Part shown: piece by piece, positions 23,892 to 32,754 of the stretch
Layout of the letters: the number at the start of each line of letters is the position of its first letter
Numbering within the stretch: position 1 is the first letter of the stretch
Source of the DNA: Candidatus Pacearchaeota archaeon
GTDB taxonomy: Archaea; Nanobdellota; Nanobdellia; Pacearchaeales; GW2011-AR1
DNA: 37,564 bases
Direction: 5' to 3'
Assembly (NCBI GenBank): GCA_041679005.1
Contig: JBAYNB010000001.1
Location: 1-37,564, forward strand
The notes under the pieces: generated by a model
Seen by the model: the letters and a program-made list of their open reading frames with translations, nothing else
Databases searched by the model: none
What the model was told of the DNA's origin: nothing
Program-made: the position numbers and the translations under genes

Positions 23892-25770
23892 TTTTGAGAT
23901 GAATAATCGAAAAGGGCAAATTACTATTTTTATTATAATTGCACTTATTATTCTTGGAGGGATTATAATCTATTTTGTATACCGAGGAGGATTATTTCAA
24001 GAAAAACTTCCTGCAGAGCTAGACCCAGTTTATACTTATTATCTTGGGTGTATTGAGAATGAAGCTTCTACTGGTGCTTTAATTTTAGGAGAACAAGCAG
24101 GATATATTGAACAACCAGAGTTTTCTCCTGGAAGTCAGTATATGCCTTTTTCAAATCAGCTTGATTTTCTTGGAACAGGGGTTCCATATTGGTATTATAT
24201 TTCTGGGAATGGAGTTTCAAAAGAACAAATTCCAACTAAAGAAAAAATGCAGGTTCAATTAAATGATTTTTTGAATGAAAGAATTTTGGAATGCGATTTC
24301 TCTACATTTGAGAATCAGGGTTTTATTATTAATTTAGGTGAGGCTGAAGCAGAAACTCTAATTAATAGTAATAGTATTGATGTTAGTGTTAAACAAGATA
24401 TAAGTATTAGTTTTGGTGAGGTTAGTTGGAGTGGAACTAATCATGAAGTTAATCTTGATTCTAATTTAGGAAAATTTTATGAATTGGCTCAGAAAATTTA
24501 TGCAACCCAAAAAGAAAGCATGTTTTTGGAAAAATATGGTCTTGATATTTTAAGATTATATGCTCCTGTTGATGGAAGTGAAATTGGATGTAGTCCTAAA
24601 ATTTGGAGTCTTAATGAAATAAGATTAGAATTAATAAATGCTTTAGAGGCAAATGTTCCTGCAGTTAAATTAGAGGGGAATTATTATGATTTAAAGAATA
24701 AGGAAAATAAATATTTTGTTCAGAATATTGGTGAAGATGTTGATGTTAATGTTAACTTTTTGTATTCTGGTAATTGGCCTATGAAACTTGAAGTTTGGCC
24801 TTCTGAAGATGGGCTTTTAAAAGCAAATCCAGTTGGATTAGAAGAAGGATTAGGTATGCTTGGTTTTTGTTATACTCCTTATCATTTTGTTTATGATTTT
24901 GCTTATCCTGTTTTAATTCAAATATATTCTGGAGAGGAAATGTTTCAATTTCCTGTTGTTATTTTAATTGATAAGAATAATCCAAGAGAACCTTTAGATG
25001 TTGAAGGGCTCCCAAATGTTGTTCCTGAGCTATGTAATCATAAAATCACAGAGATGAGTGTTTCTACTTATAATACTAATTTAGAACCTATAGAAGCAAA
25101 TATTGACTTCAAATGTTTTGATACTGTTTGTAGTATTGGAACAACAAATATAAGTGATAGTGGAGATGCTGTGCTTGTAGATAATTTCCCTCAGTGTGTT
25201 AATGGATATATTGTTGCAAGTGCAGAAGGATATAAGACTAAAAAATATTTGACTTCTACTCTAGAGTCAGGTGAAGCCATGATTGTTTTAGATAAAAAAT
25301 ATAAATTAGACTTAGAAGTTCAAAAACAAGGGGCTGAATTAGGTTCTGATTATTCAATTCTTACTTTTACTAAAGATGAAAGTGTAACTACTGTTAGTTA
25401 TCCTAGTCAGAAACAAATTGAATTAACTGAGGGACAGTATGAAATTAAAGTTTATATTTATTCTAATTCTTCAATTGCTTTAAAAGGAAGTACAAGCCAA
25501 AAATGTGTTGATGTTCCTAAGTCTGGTTTAAGTGGAATTTTTGGAGTTACAGAAGAAAAATGTTTTGATTTAAAGATTCCTAATCAAGTAGTTGATTTTG
25601 CTGTTTCTGGTGGAGGAACTCAAAATTATTATATTGGAGAGTCAGAATTACAAGAATCAAGTAAACTAATTATTAATGCAGATAGTTTTGGAATTCCTAG
25701 TGCTCTTGAGGATTTGCAGGAGAATTATAATAAAGTAGATACTCAAGGAGTAGATATTATGTTTGAATAA
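23881..25770 (+). CDS. Surface protein with an archaeal class III (type IV pilin-like) signal peptide; otherwise no recognised family
   Basis: The N-terminus MKNNFEMNNRKGQITIFIIIALIILGGIIIYFV has a basic stretch, then G/Q, then a 20-residue hydrophobic helix. An AGGGAG Shine-Dalgarno lies upstream. Confidence 0.8.
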   Translation: MKNNFEMNNRKGQITIFIIIALIILGGIIIYFVYRGGLFQEKLPAELDPVYTYYLGCIENEASTGALILGEQAGYIEQPEFSPGSQYMPFSNQLDFLGTGVPYWYYISGNGVSKEQIPTKEKMQVQLNDFLNERILECDFSTFENQGFIINLGEAEAETLINSNSIDVSVKQDISISFGEVSWSGTNHEVNLDSNLGKFYELAQKIYATQKESMFLEKYGLDILRLYAPVDGSEIGCSPKIWSLNEIRLELINALEANVPAVKLEGNYYDLKNKENKYFVQNIGEDVDVNVNFLYSGNWPMKLEVWPSEDGLLKANPVGLEEGLGMLGFCYTPYHFVYDFAYPVLIQIYSGEEMFQFPVVILIDKNNPREPLDVEGLPNVVPELCNHKITEMSVSTYNTNLEPIEANIDFKCFDTVCSIGTTNISDSGDAVLVDNFPQCVNGYIVASAEGYKTKKYLTSTLESGEAMIVLDKKYKLDLEVQKQGAELGSDYSILTFTKDESVTTVSYPSQKQIELTEGQYEIKVYIYSNSSIALKGSTSQKCVDVPKSGLSGIFGVTEEKCFDLKIPNQVVDFAVSGGGTQNYYIGESELQESSKLIINADSFGIPSALEDLQENYNKVDTQGVDIMFE

Positions 25771-25771
25771 A

Positions 25772-25963
25772 ATGGAAAAAGAAATCATTGAAAAAGAAAA
25801 GGAAATATGTAAAAAACTCTATAGAAAAAATAATGGTAAATGTGCTTGGGGAGAGTGTAATAAATGCGGAGTGATTCCTTTATTATATAAGCTGGATACA
25901 GGCAGAATATTAGAGGATAAAAAAGAAATTGAAAAACTTAAGAAAGAGGTTATGAATAATTAA
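25772..25963 (+). CDS. Small Cys-motif protein (C-x12-C-x5-C-x2-C), hypothetical
   Basis: MEKEIIEKEKEICKKLYRKNNGKCAWGECNKCGVIPLLYK... The track start at 25763 is a TTG overlapping the upstream stop. Either start is possible. Confidence 0.5.
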   Translation: MEKEIIEKEKEICKKLYRKNNGKCAWGECNKCGVIPLLYKLDTGRILEDKKEIEKLKKEVMNN

Positions 25964-25970
25964 TATAAAT

Positions 25971-28900
25971 ATGAAACAACAACAAAATATGAAAAAACTT
26001 TTATTAATAGTAATTGGATTTTTAATTCTTAATATAAATTTTGTTTTAGCAGAAGATTCAACTTTTTCAGGAAGAACTTATACTTCTACATTTTCAGGAG
26101 ATAATATTCAGGTCGTAGGTTCTTCAGTAAATCCTCAATTTAATGACCCTAGTTTTTATAGTGTTTCAGGATTTACTTCTACAAGTGATTATTGGCCAGG
26201 ATTTGAAGAATCAGATTGTTATGCAAGAGAGGATTTTATAATGCAGATTGCTCCTGGAGGATGTAGCCCTGCTGTTGTGAGAAGTGATTTATTAGAAGAA
26301 CAAAATGTACCTGTGTTTTGTAAGGTTATGGCAATTAAGACTAATCCTTTAATTGATGTTTCAAAAATAAAAAGTTTACATTTTGATAAAGAATATCCTG
26401 AAGGAGTTTCAAGTATTTCTTATTTTCCTGCAAGAGCTGCACTTAGTAGTACTAGTCAGTTAGTAAGTTCACCTATCGAAGATAATCTCGGTTATTTAGT
26501 AATTGTTTTAAAACAAACTGATGCAGAAAGAGATATGCCTGATTATGTTGAAGGGAATGTAACAGCTACAATTGATTATGATGCTGAAGGGGCTTTTGGA
26601 ATTGGTAATACTAATTTTTATGCTTCTGAAATGACTGATGAAGAATGGGCAAGAAATTATCAAGAGTATGGATTTTGGAATGGTAAGGGATATATTAGAG
26701 CTGAATCAATTGAATCAGACCGAGCAACACTTTCTATTTATAGAGATTTAGGAGAAAAAGAAACTACAGTTACTTTAATGGAAGGAGAAACCTCTTCAGA
26801 TATATATCTTAGTGGATTTTATTGTGCTGCAGGGATGACTATAAAAATTGATTCAATCAGTGCTCCTGTTAAAAGTGCTTTATTGCAGATAGATGATGAA
26901 CAGGTTTGGGTTTCTAAAGGAGATTATTTTTTAAATAGAAAATGTAGAGTAAGTGATTTAGATGTTTCTCAAGGAGGAGGAACAATTGATATTACTTGTT
27001 CGGGTGCAGGTAAATTTAGTCTGAGCTTAACTGCTGGAAAAGCAAAATTAATTACTGGAGGAGAATCAAATGAAGTCAGCAAAGAATATTCTGTTGGTGA
27101 AAAAATTAGTGGAGGTGAGGATAATATTTGGTTAGGTTATGTTGGACAGGATTCTCAGAAACAGGATTTTATTGTTTTAGTTAAAGATGAATTTTCAACA
27201 AGTGAGAGTGAATTTGCAGATAAAGATGTTTATAGTATTGTTGGAGATATTATTAGTAAGAGTGATCAGGGGATTAGTAAGTTAAAAGATGATATAGAAA
27301 AGAAAATTAAATCACAGTATAAAACAAAACTAGGTAATAGAGTTTCTTCAAGTGCTCTTGATAAGGGACTTGATGTAAGTATTATTCAACAAGGCAGTAA
27401 TGAAGCAGTTTTTGGAATTAAATTACAAGAGAGTTTAGTTATAAAAGATAAAGATTGGAGTTCTGAATCTTCAGAAACATTATTGTTAGCTAAAGATTAT
27501 TATGATAAAGCAGTTGAAAATTATCAGGATTTATCTGATTTTTATCCTAATGAAAAAAGAATTGATGAAACAAGCGAGGATTCTTATGCTGCTCAGGGAT
27601 TATATGAGGCTGCAATACTTGCAAAAAAATTCGATATGAATGAACAAGCCAATGAATTTTATACAAGACTCTTACAAGATTACCCAACTTCTTCTATTGC
27701 AAATCAAGTATTAAGAGAAAAATCAGTTTTAACAAAATATGATAGTACAGAATCAAAAGCAATTGTTAATCTTAATAATGGACAGTATTTTATTAGTTTA
27801 TTGAGTTTTAAAACTCCTACAAGAGCAGAGGCTAATGCTGTTTTAATGATTAATGGAAAAGAAGAGACATTAGGGCTAGGAGATATTTATGAATTAGAAA
27901 GCGATGGGAAAAGAATTGGAACTATTCAGGTTAAAGAACTTAAGGATGAACAGGTTACATTGAAATATGATAAATCTGCAGTTATTTCAGAAAAACTTTC
28001 TTCTTCTCTTACAGCCAGTGAAATATTAAAAACAACAGAAGGAGAAAATCAAGTTGTTTTTGGAGAGACAGCTGTTAAGCTTATGAAAATTAATTTGGAA
28101 AATCAAGTAAAAATCTCTATTAATCCTAAATCTTATGGACCAAGAACAAATTCTAGTTTTGGTTTTAAAATTGGAATTGAAAAAAGAGCAATTGAACTTT
28201 CTCCTGAAAAGACCCAAGAAATGATTGATGATTTAGATAATCAGTTAGAAGATTGGACAGAGATTAATGATAAATTAGGGGAGGTTGTTAAAGGATTAAA
28301 AACAGCTTGCTTTGCAACCTCTGCAATCTTTACTGTTAAAAATTTATTTTCAGGACTTAGTGGAGAGTCAATGGCAAGAAATGCTGTAATGACAGGAACA
28401 AATGGATGGAATGATAAATGTCAGGCAATGGTTGAAGGAAAAACTCCTGGTAAAAATGGACAGATTTATTCTAGTGTTCAGCAGTGTTTATTGGATTATG
28501 GTACTGAAATTTCTCAATCTGTTACAGATTATACGACTGCTGTGAAAGATATTAATACTAAATTAGAATCTATTCAAGAATCAGTTGGAATTAATAAAAG
28601 TGGTATTTTAGGTCTCGATGCATCTGTTGATTCAGAAAAAGTTAAGACTCAGTTTTGTCAGCAGTATTTTAAAAGTTATTATGCTTCTCATTTAAATGAT
28701 GAATTTGCTTTGTCTGATGGAAGAAAAGTTAAATTAAAAGAAATTATTCCTCAGGAAAAGGTTGATAGTTGTGATGTAAGCTTGAGTAATATGAGAGATT
28801 TATATGCTTCAGGACAATTAGCATCTGGTTCTGTTTCTCAAGCAGTTTTAAATGGAGATTTATCTAAAAATTTATTATATACTTATGAATCTAATCAAAA

Positions 28901-31706
28901 TGATTATAATTATGATGTTTTAGCAAAAGAAGCAGGTCAGTTTGTAGGTGAAAAACCTCAGGCATTAGTTTTATCAGGAGATAATATTGCTTACACATCT
29001 ATGAATACTTTAACTAATGCTCAGGCAGAAGAATGGAATCAGAAAGGAGCAACAGGAATTAAAGCAGGAGATAAAGTTATTACTTATAGGGTTCCTAATG
29101 GTGCTACATTTTATACTGAAGGAGAATCAAATTCAAAAAAAGAAAATTTATTATCTGACCTTAATGGAAAAACAGTTTTAATTGTTTTGGAAAAAGAAGG
29201 CACCGGTAATACTTATGGTGCTAAAGAAGCTTATGAAATTGACGGAGATAAATTAATAAAAATAGATAAATCCACTTCTCCATTATTTGCTTATCTTGAT
29301 GAAAAAGGAGCAACTAAGTTTATTGAAGCAGATCCTAAAGCATATCAAAATAAAATTTCTAATCCTTCGAGTTTAAGTGTTAAATATTTTGAAACAGAAC
29401 CTTATGCAGGATTGCCTGCTGAAGTGCCTTTTGATGTTGAGAATGGGTGGTATGTTGAATTAACCTATGTTTTATCTGGGTTTGGAAAACCTTATGATGA
29501 TTCTGGAAGAGCAGTTAATTATTATGTTTGTAATGTTGGTGAAAATGGTAAAATAGAATTTAAGAAAAGTGCAGATGATATTTGTAGATATTATACTGGA
29601 GATGTTGATTCAATAGATTTCCCTGGAATGAGCTCAGCTGATTCAAAAAAATTATTAAATAAGGCTCAGGATGCGCTTGCACAAGCAGCCAAACAGTCTG
29701 GAAAAACTACAATAAGTATTAATGGTCAGACTTACAAAGGAGGAATCTCTTTAAGTGGCGAGGAAGGAAGTTGTTCTGATTTTATGAGTCCTGAAGATTG
29801 TCAGATTTTATTTAATTTGTGTGACCCTGTTATTTGTCCTTCTTCAAGATGTGATTTGGGAGGTACTTATAGAGTTGATAATGTTATTCAGTCTGGTATT
29901 ATTGGTAGTTTAGTATTGTGTCTTCCAAATCTAAAAGAGGGAATTATGATTCCTATTTGTTTAACTGGAGTTCATGCAGGAATTGAAGGATATATTAGTA
30001 TTTTAAATTCAACACAACAGTGCTTGCAAGAGAGTTTAGAAACAGGAGCAAATGTTGGAATTTGTGATGAAATTAAAAGTGTATATTTGTGTGAATTTTT
30101 TTGGAGAGAAGCATCTCCTTTCTTAAACATGCTTGTTCCAAAATTGCTTGAAAGCTTTTATAGTCAAGGTGCAAGGGGTGGGGGAGAGTATTTAACTGTT
30201 CAGGCAGCATGGGAAAATACTCAGAGCTCAATTGATTATTTTAAAAATGATTATGCTGTTAATTCTATGAATGCATTTACTAGTCGTTCAACAGAAGAGA
30301 TTGGAACAGATATTTGTAAATCTTTTATGTCAGTTAATGTTGTTAGTGATTTAGATAATTTAATAGAACCAGATAGCCCTGAACAATATAGTGCCTGGTT
30401 TAGTGAGGATGAATTAACTAGTGCAACAATTCCTGCAACTTCTCAGTATAAAGTTTATTATCATATTTATTCTGGAAAAGACCAGGGAACAAGCTATGTT
30501 GTTTATCTAACAGATTTGCCAGAATCAAATTATGTGCATAGTTCTGGAACTTATGTTGTTGCTAGAGGATATATTGCAAAAGGAGGAAGTGTTGATGAGG
30601 CAAAAGACTTTTCAGCGGTTTCAGGATATAAAAAATTATGTGTAAGTGTTAATGGGCAGGACAAATGTGGTTTTGGAAAAGTAAGTACTTCATATTTTGT
30701 AAATGCACTTACTGATGAATATACTGCAGAGCAAGCCTCGCAAACTGGAATTATTAGTGAAGAAACTTGTGTTGCTGGAACTTCTTCAGTATTGAGTCTT
30801 GTTCAGCCTAATTTAGAAGAAGGAGTAGATGATACTATTAATTCTGAACTTTATAATAATGGTATAATTAGAGTTTGTAGTACTTATAATCCTAGGAAAC
30901 AAGTTAGTAGTTCAGGAGAGTATGATACAACTAATTCAACTTATGATAGATGGAAAAATGTTGGTTATTGTGATGACCCAACAATAATCTGCTGGCTAGA
31001 TACAAATTCTGTTGCAGATGTTATTACTAATACTGGAATTGAAGAGAGTGTTTTAAATAATATTAGTATAAACAATCTTGGAGAGGGTTATTGGGATCAG
31101 AACAAAAGCGATACAGAAGCCAATAAAGCTCAAAAGTTTATTGATGATTTAGAAACTAAAGAAATAAAAAATCTTGGAACTGAAGAAGCTATTGATTATA
31201 AAATTAAAGATACTGTTACAATTTTAAATAAACTTAGTAATTTAGGAATTAGCAATAGATATAGAGCAAGAGGATTATTTTTGCTTGGAAGATTATATAA
31301 TAAAATCTCAGTTAGTCTTAAACCAACTACTAGTCTTGAGAGTGTTACAACAACTGTTGTTGAAGAAAGTGATTGTGCAGAAAATAATGGAGTTATTAAA
31401 ACTAGTTGCAGTAGTGGTTGTTCTATTGCAGGAGTTTCATTATCTGAAGGAGATGTTTGTTGTGATATTGATTGTGAAGCAGATGCATTAATTAAAACTG
31501 AAACTGGATTAAATTTTGGAGAACTTAAAGATACTCAGAATTTAATAAAAGGAGAAGTTGAATATGACATTTTAACTATAAAAGAAAAAGATAGCGAGAA
31601 TCTTCAGATTTTACTTAAAAATCTTGCAGATATTGAAGATAAACCAATTATTACAGTAAAAAAAACAGAACGTCTTTCTAATCTAGGATATTCTTTGAAA
31701 GAATAA
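25971..31706 (+). CDS. Giant (1911 aa) secreted protein, orphan, with a Sec signal, a TPR-like helical segment, a Cys-rich hydrophobic core region and a C-terminal Cys cluster
   Basis: Uninterrupted 5.7-kb ORF with a signal peptide (KKLLLIVIGFLILNINFVLA/ED). TPR-like segment at about 27480-27720 (AKDYYDKAVENYQDLSDFYPN...EAAILAKKFDMNEQANEFYTRLLQDYPTS). Cys-rich region at about 29760-30330. CAENNGVIKTSCSSGCSIAGVSLSEGDVCCDIDC at about 31370-31480. Confidence 0.85.
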   Translation: MKQQQNMKKLLLIVIGFLILNINFVLAEDSTFSGRTYTSTFSGDNIQVVGSSVNPQFNDPSFYSVSGFTSTSDYWPGFEESDCYAREDFIMQIAPGGCSPAVVRSDLLEEQNVPVFCKVMAIKTNPLIDVSKIKSLHFDKEYPEGVSSISYFPARAALSSTSQLVSSPIEDNLGYLVIVLKQTDAERDMPDYVEGNVTATIDYDAEGAFGIGNTNFYASEMTDEEWARNYQEYGFWNGKGYIRAESIESDRATLSIYRDLGEKETTVTLMEGETSSDIYLSGFYCAAGMTIKIDSISAPVKSALLQIDDEQVWVSKGDYFLNRKCRVSDLDVSQGGGTIDITCSGAGKFSLSLTAGKAKLITGGESNEVSKEYSVGEKISGGEDNIWLGYVGQDSQKQDFIVLVKDEFSTSESEFADKDVYSIVGDIISKSDQGISKLKDDIEKKIKSQYKTKLGNRVSSSALDKGLDVSIIQQGSNEAVFGIKLQESLVIKDKDWSSESSETLLLAKDYYDKAVENYQDLSDFYPNEKRIDETSEDSYAAQGLYEAAILAKKFDMNEQANEFYTRLLQDYPTSSIANQVLREKSVLTKYDSTESKAIVNLNNGQYFISLLSFKTPTRAEANAVLMINGKEETLGLGDIYELESDGKRIGTIQVKELKDEQVTLKYDKSAVISEKLSSSLTASEILKTTEGENQVVFGETAVKLMKINLENQVKISINPKSYGPRTNSSFGFKIGIEKRAIELSPEKTQEMIDDLDNQLEDWTEINDKLGEVVKGLKTACFATSAIFTVKNLFSGLSGESMARNAVMTGTNGWNDKCQAMVEGKTPGKNGQIYSSVQQCLLDYGTEISQSVTDYTTAVKDINTKLESIQESVGINKSGILGLDASVDSEKVKTQFCQQYFKSYYASHLNDEFALSDGRKVKLKEIIPQEKVDSCDVSLSNMRDLYASGQLASGSVSQAVLNGDLSKNLLYTYESNQNDYNYDVLAKEAGQFVGEKPQALVLSGDNIAYTSMNTLTNAQAEEWNQKGATGIKAGDKVITYRVPNGATFYTEGESNSKKENLLSDLNGKTVLIVLEKEGTGNTYGAKEAYEIDGDKLIKIDKSTSPLFAYLDEKGATKFIEADPKAYQNKISNPSSLSVKYFETEPYAGLPAEVPFDVENGWYVELTYVLSGFGKPYDDSGRAVNYYVCNVGENGKIEFKKSADDICRYYTGDVDSIDFPGMSSADSKKLLNKAQDALAQAAKQSGKTTISINGQTYKGGISLSGEEGSCSDFMSPEDCQILFNLCDPVICPSSRCDLGGTYRVDNVIQSGIIGSLVLCLPNLKEGIMIPICLTGVHAGIEGYISILNSTQQCLQESLETGANVGICDEIKSVYLCEFFWREASPFLNMLVPKLLESFYSQGARGGGEYLTVQAAWENTQSSIDYFKNDYAVNSMNAFTSRSTEEIGTDICKSFMSVNVVSDLDNLIEPDSPEQYSAWFSEDELTSATIPATSQYKVYYHIYSGKDQGTSYVVYLTDLPESNYVHSSGTYVVARGYIAKGGSVDEAKDFSAVSGYKKLCVSVNGQDKCGFGKVSTSYFVNALTDEYTAEQASQTGIISEETCVAGTSSVLSLVQPNLEEGVDDTINSELYNNGIIRVCSTYNPRKQVSSSGEYDTTNSTYDRWKNVGYCDDPTIICWLDTNSVADVITNTGIEESVLNNISINNLGEGYWDQNKSDTEANKAQKFIDDLETKEIKNLGTEEAIDYKIKDTVTILNKLSNLGISNRYRARGLFLLGRLYNKISVSLKPTTSLESVTTTVVEESDCAENNGVIKTSCSSGCSIAGVSLSEGDVCCDIDCEADALIKTETGLNFGELKDTQNLIKGEVEYDILTIKEKDSENLQILLKNLADIEDKPIITVKKTERLSNLGYSLKE

Positions 31707-31749
31707 TTTTTTTAAATAATTTATTATTTTAAATTTTTTATTTATGGCT

Positions 31750-31897
31750 AAATGCAGAGGACAGTCCTCAACAATTCTTGCAGAATTCTTGGTAACTTTC
31801 AAAATCCATAAAAGATTTTGAAGTGATTCTCACCTATACGCTAGTTCAAGGATTTCTTCAGCAATATTGCTTTGCAATATTGAAATGCAGAGGACAG
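31750..31897. repeat. 15-nt perfect direct repeat aaatgcagaggacag (31750-31764 and 31883-31897) bracketing 118 nt. The right copy contains the last 12 nt of tRNA-Leu.
   Basis: Read directly. The bracketed segment holds hairpins caatattgc-ttt-gcaatattg and caaaatc-cataaaa-gattttg. Confidence 0.85.
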
Positions 31898-31969
31898 GAT
31901 TCGAACCTGTGAAGGCACTAAGCCAACAGCTCCTAAGGCTGCTCCGTTAGACCACTTCGGTACCTCTGC
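31886..31969 (-). tRNA. tRNA-Leu (anticodon UAG), 84 nt, class II with long variable arm, no intron, no CCA
   Basis: Hand-folded sequence: GCAGAGG-TA-CCG-AAGTGGTCTAA-CGG-A-GCAGC-CTTAGGA-GCTGT-TGGCTTAGTGCCTTC-ACAGG-TTCGAAT-CCTGT-CCTCTGC-A. Confidence 0.9.
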
Positions 31970-31991
31970 ATGAATTGGTTAATTATTATTG

Positions 31992-31999
31992 ATATAAAA
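31992..31999 (-). promoter_or_regulatory. TATA box (sense TTTTATAT), 22 nt upstream of the tRNA-Leu 5' end
   Basis: Spacing rule. Confidence 0.5.
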
Positions 32000-32015
32000 A
32001 GGTTATGAATTCTTA

Positions 32016-32693
32016 TTAAGAGTATAAATCGACTAATTTGTTAATTAATCTTTCTTGAACTGAATCTACCCTATCTCTTGGAACATAACAGTCTTTTCCT
32101 TGAGAGCGTGTTATTGTAATTAAACTCGGTTTTTTTAGTTTATTCAGTAATTCACAAGTTTGAGAAATCCTTAATTCATAATTATAAATTGCTTTATCTC
32201 CAAGAGCATTTCTGTGACAACAGAAAGCATCTAGGTCTATATCTAAAATTACTGGAGAGTTTAGTTTTAAAATTAATTCTTGTTCTTGTATTTTTTTTGG
32301 CTTTGGGCTTTCTGACTTGAATATTCTTTGATTTATATTTCTCCATCGCACTTTTTTATGATAATCATCTACATAAATATCTAAACATAATCTATCTTTA
32401 TCATATCTTGAACCAAAGTCTTGTATTCTTTTTTCTTCTGATTGAGGGTTTATCCAATAAACTGAAGATATAATTTTTTCGTAAAATGCAGGGCATATAA
32501 AATTTGCAATAGTTAAATCATTTTTATTTAAAGAAAAATTATCATTCATATCATGATGTGCATCAATATGTAATAAATCTGCATCAATTATTTTTGAAGT
32601 TCTCCAATAAGCTAATACTTTATGATGCTCTTCAGTTATTGCTAGGGGAATTGTTTTAATTGACAATAATCCTTTTTGATTTGAAAAGTTCAT
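32016..32693 (-). CDS. UPF0489-family protein (C5orf22-like; function unknown)
   Basis: LAITEEHHKVLAYW...LLHIDAHHDMND and ILDIDLDAFCC resemble the VVEDHHEVL...HFDSHPDL and DIDLDFF motifs I recall for UPF0489. A TATA box at 32717-32724 lies 23 nt upstream. Confidence 0.5.
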   Translation of the reverse strand: MNFSNQKGLLSIKTIPLAITEEHHKVLAYWRTSKIIDADLLHIDAHHDMNDNFSLNKNDLTIANFICPAFYEKIISSVYWINPQSEEKRIQDFGSRYDKDRLCLDIYVDDYHKKVRWRNINQRIFKSESPKPKKIQEQELILKLNSPVILDIDLDAFCCHRNALGDKAIYNYELRISQTCELLNKLKKPSLITITRSQGKDCYVPRDRVDSVQERLINKLVDLYS

Positions 32694-32754
32694 AAATATC
32701 CTTTCCTAAAGGATAGTTTAAATAATTTGTTAAGTTCAAAAGTTTGTCTTAGAA

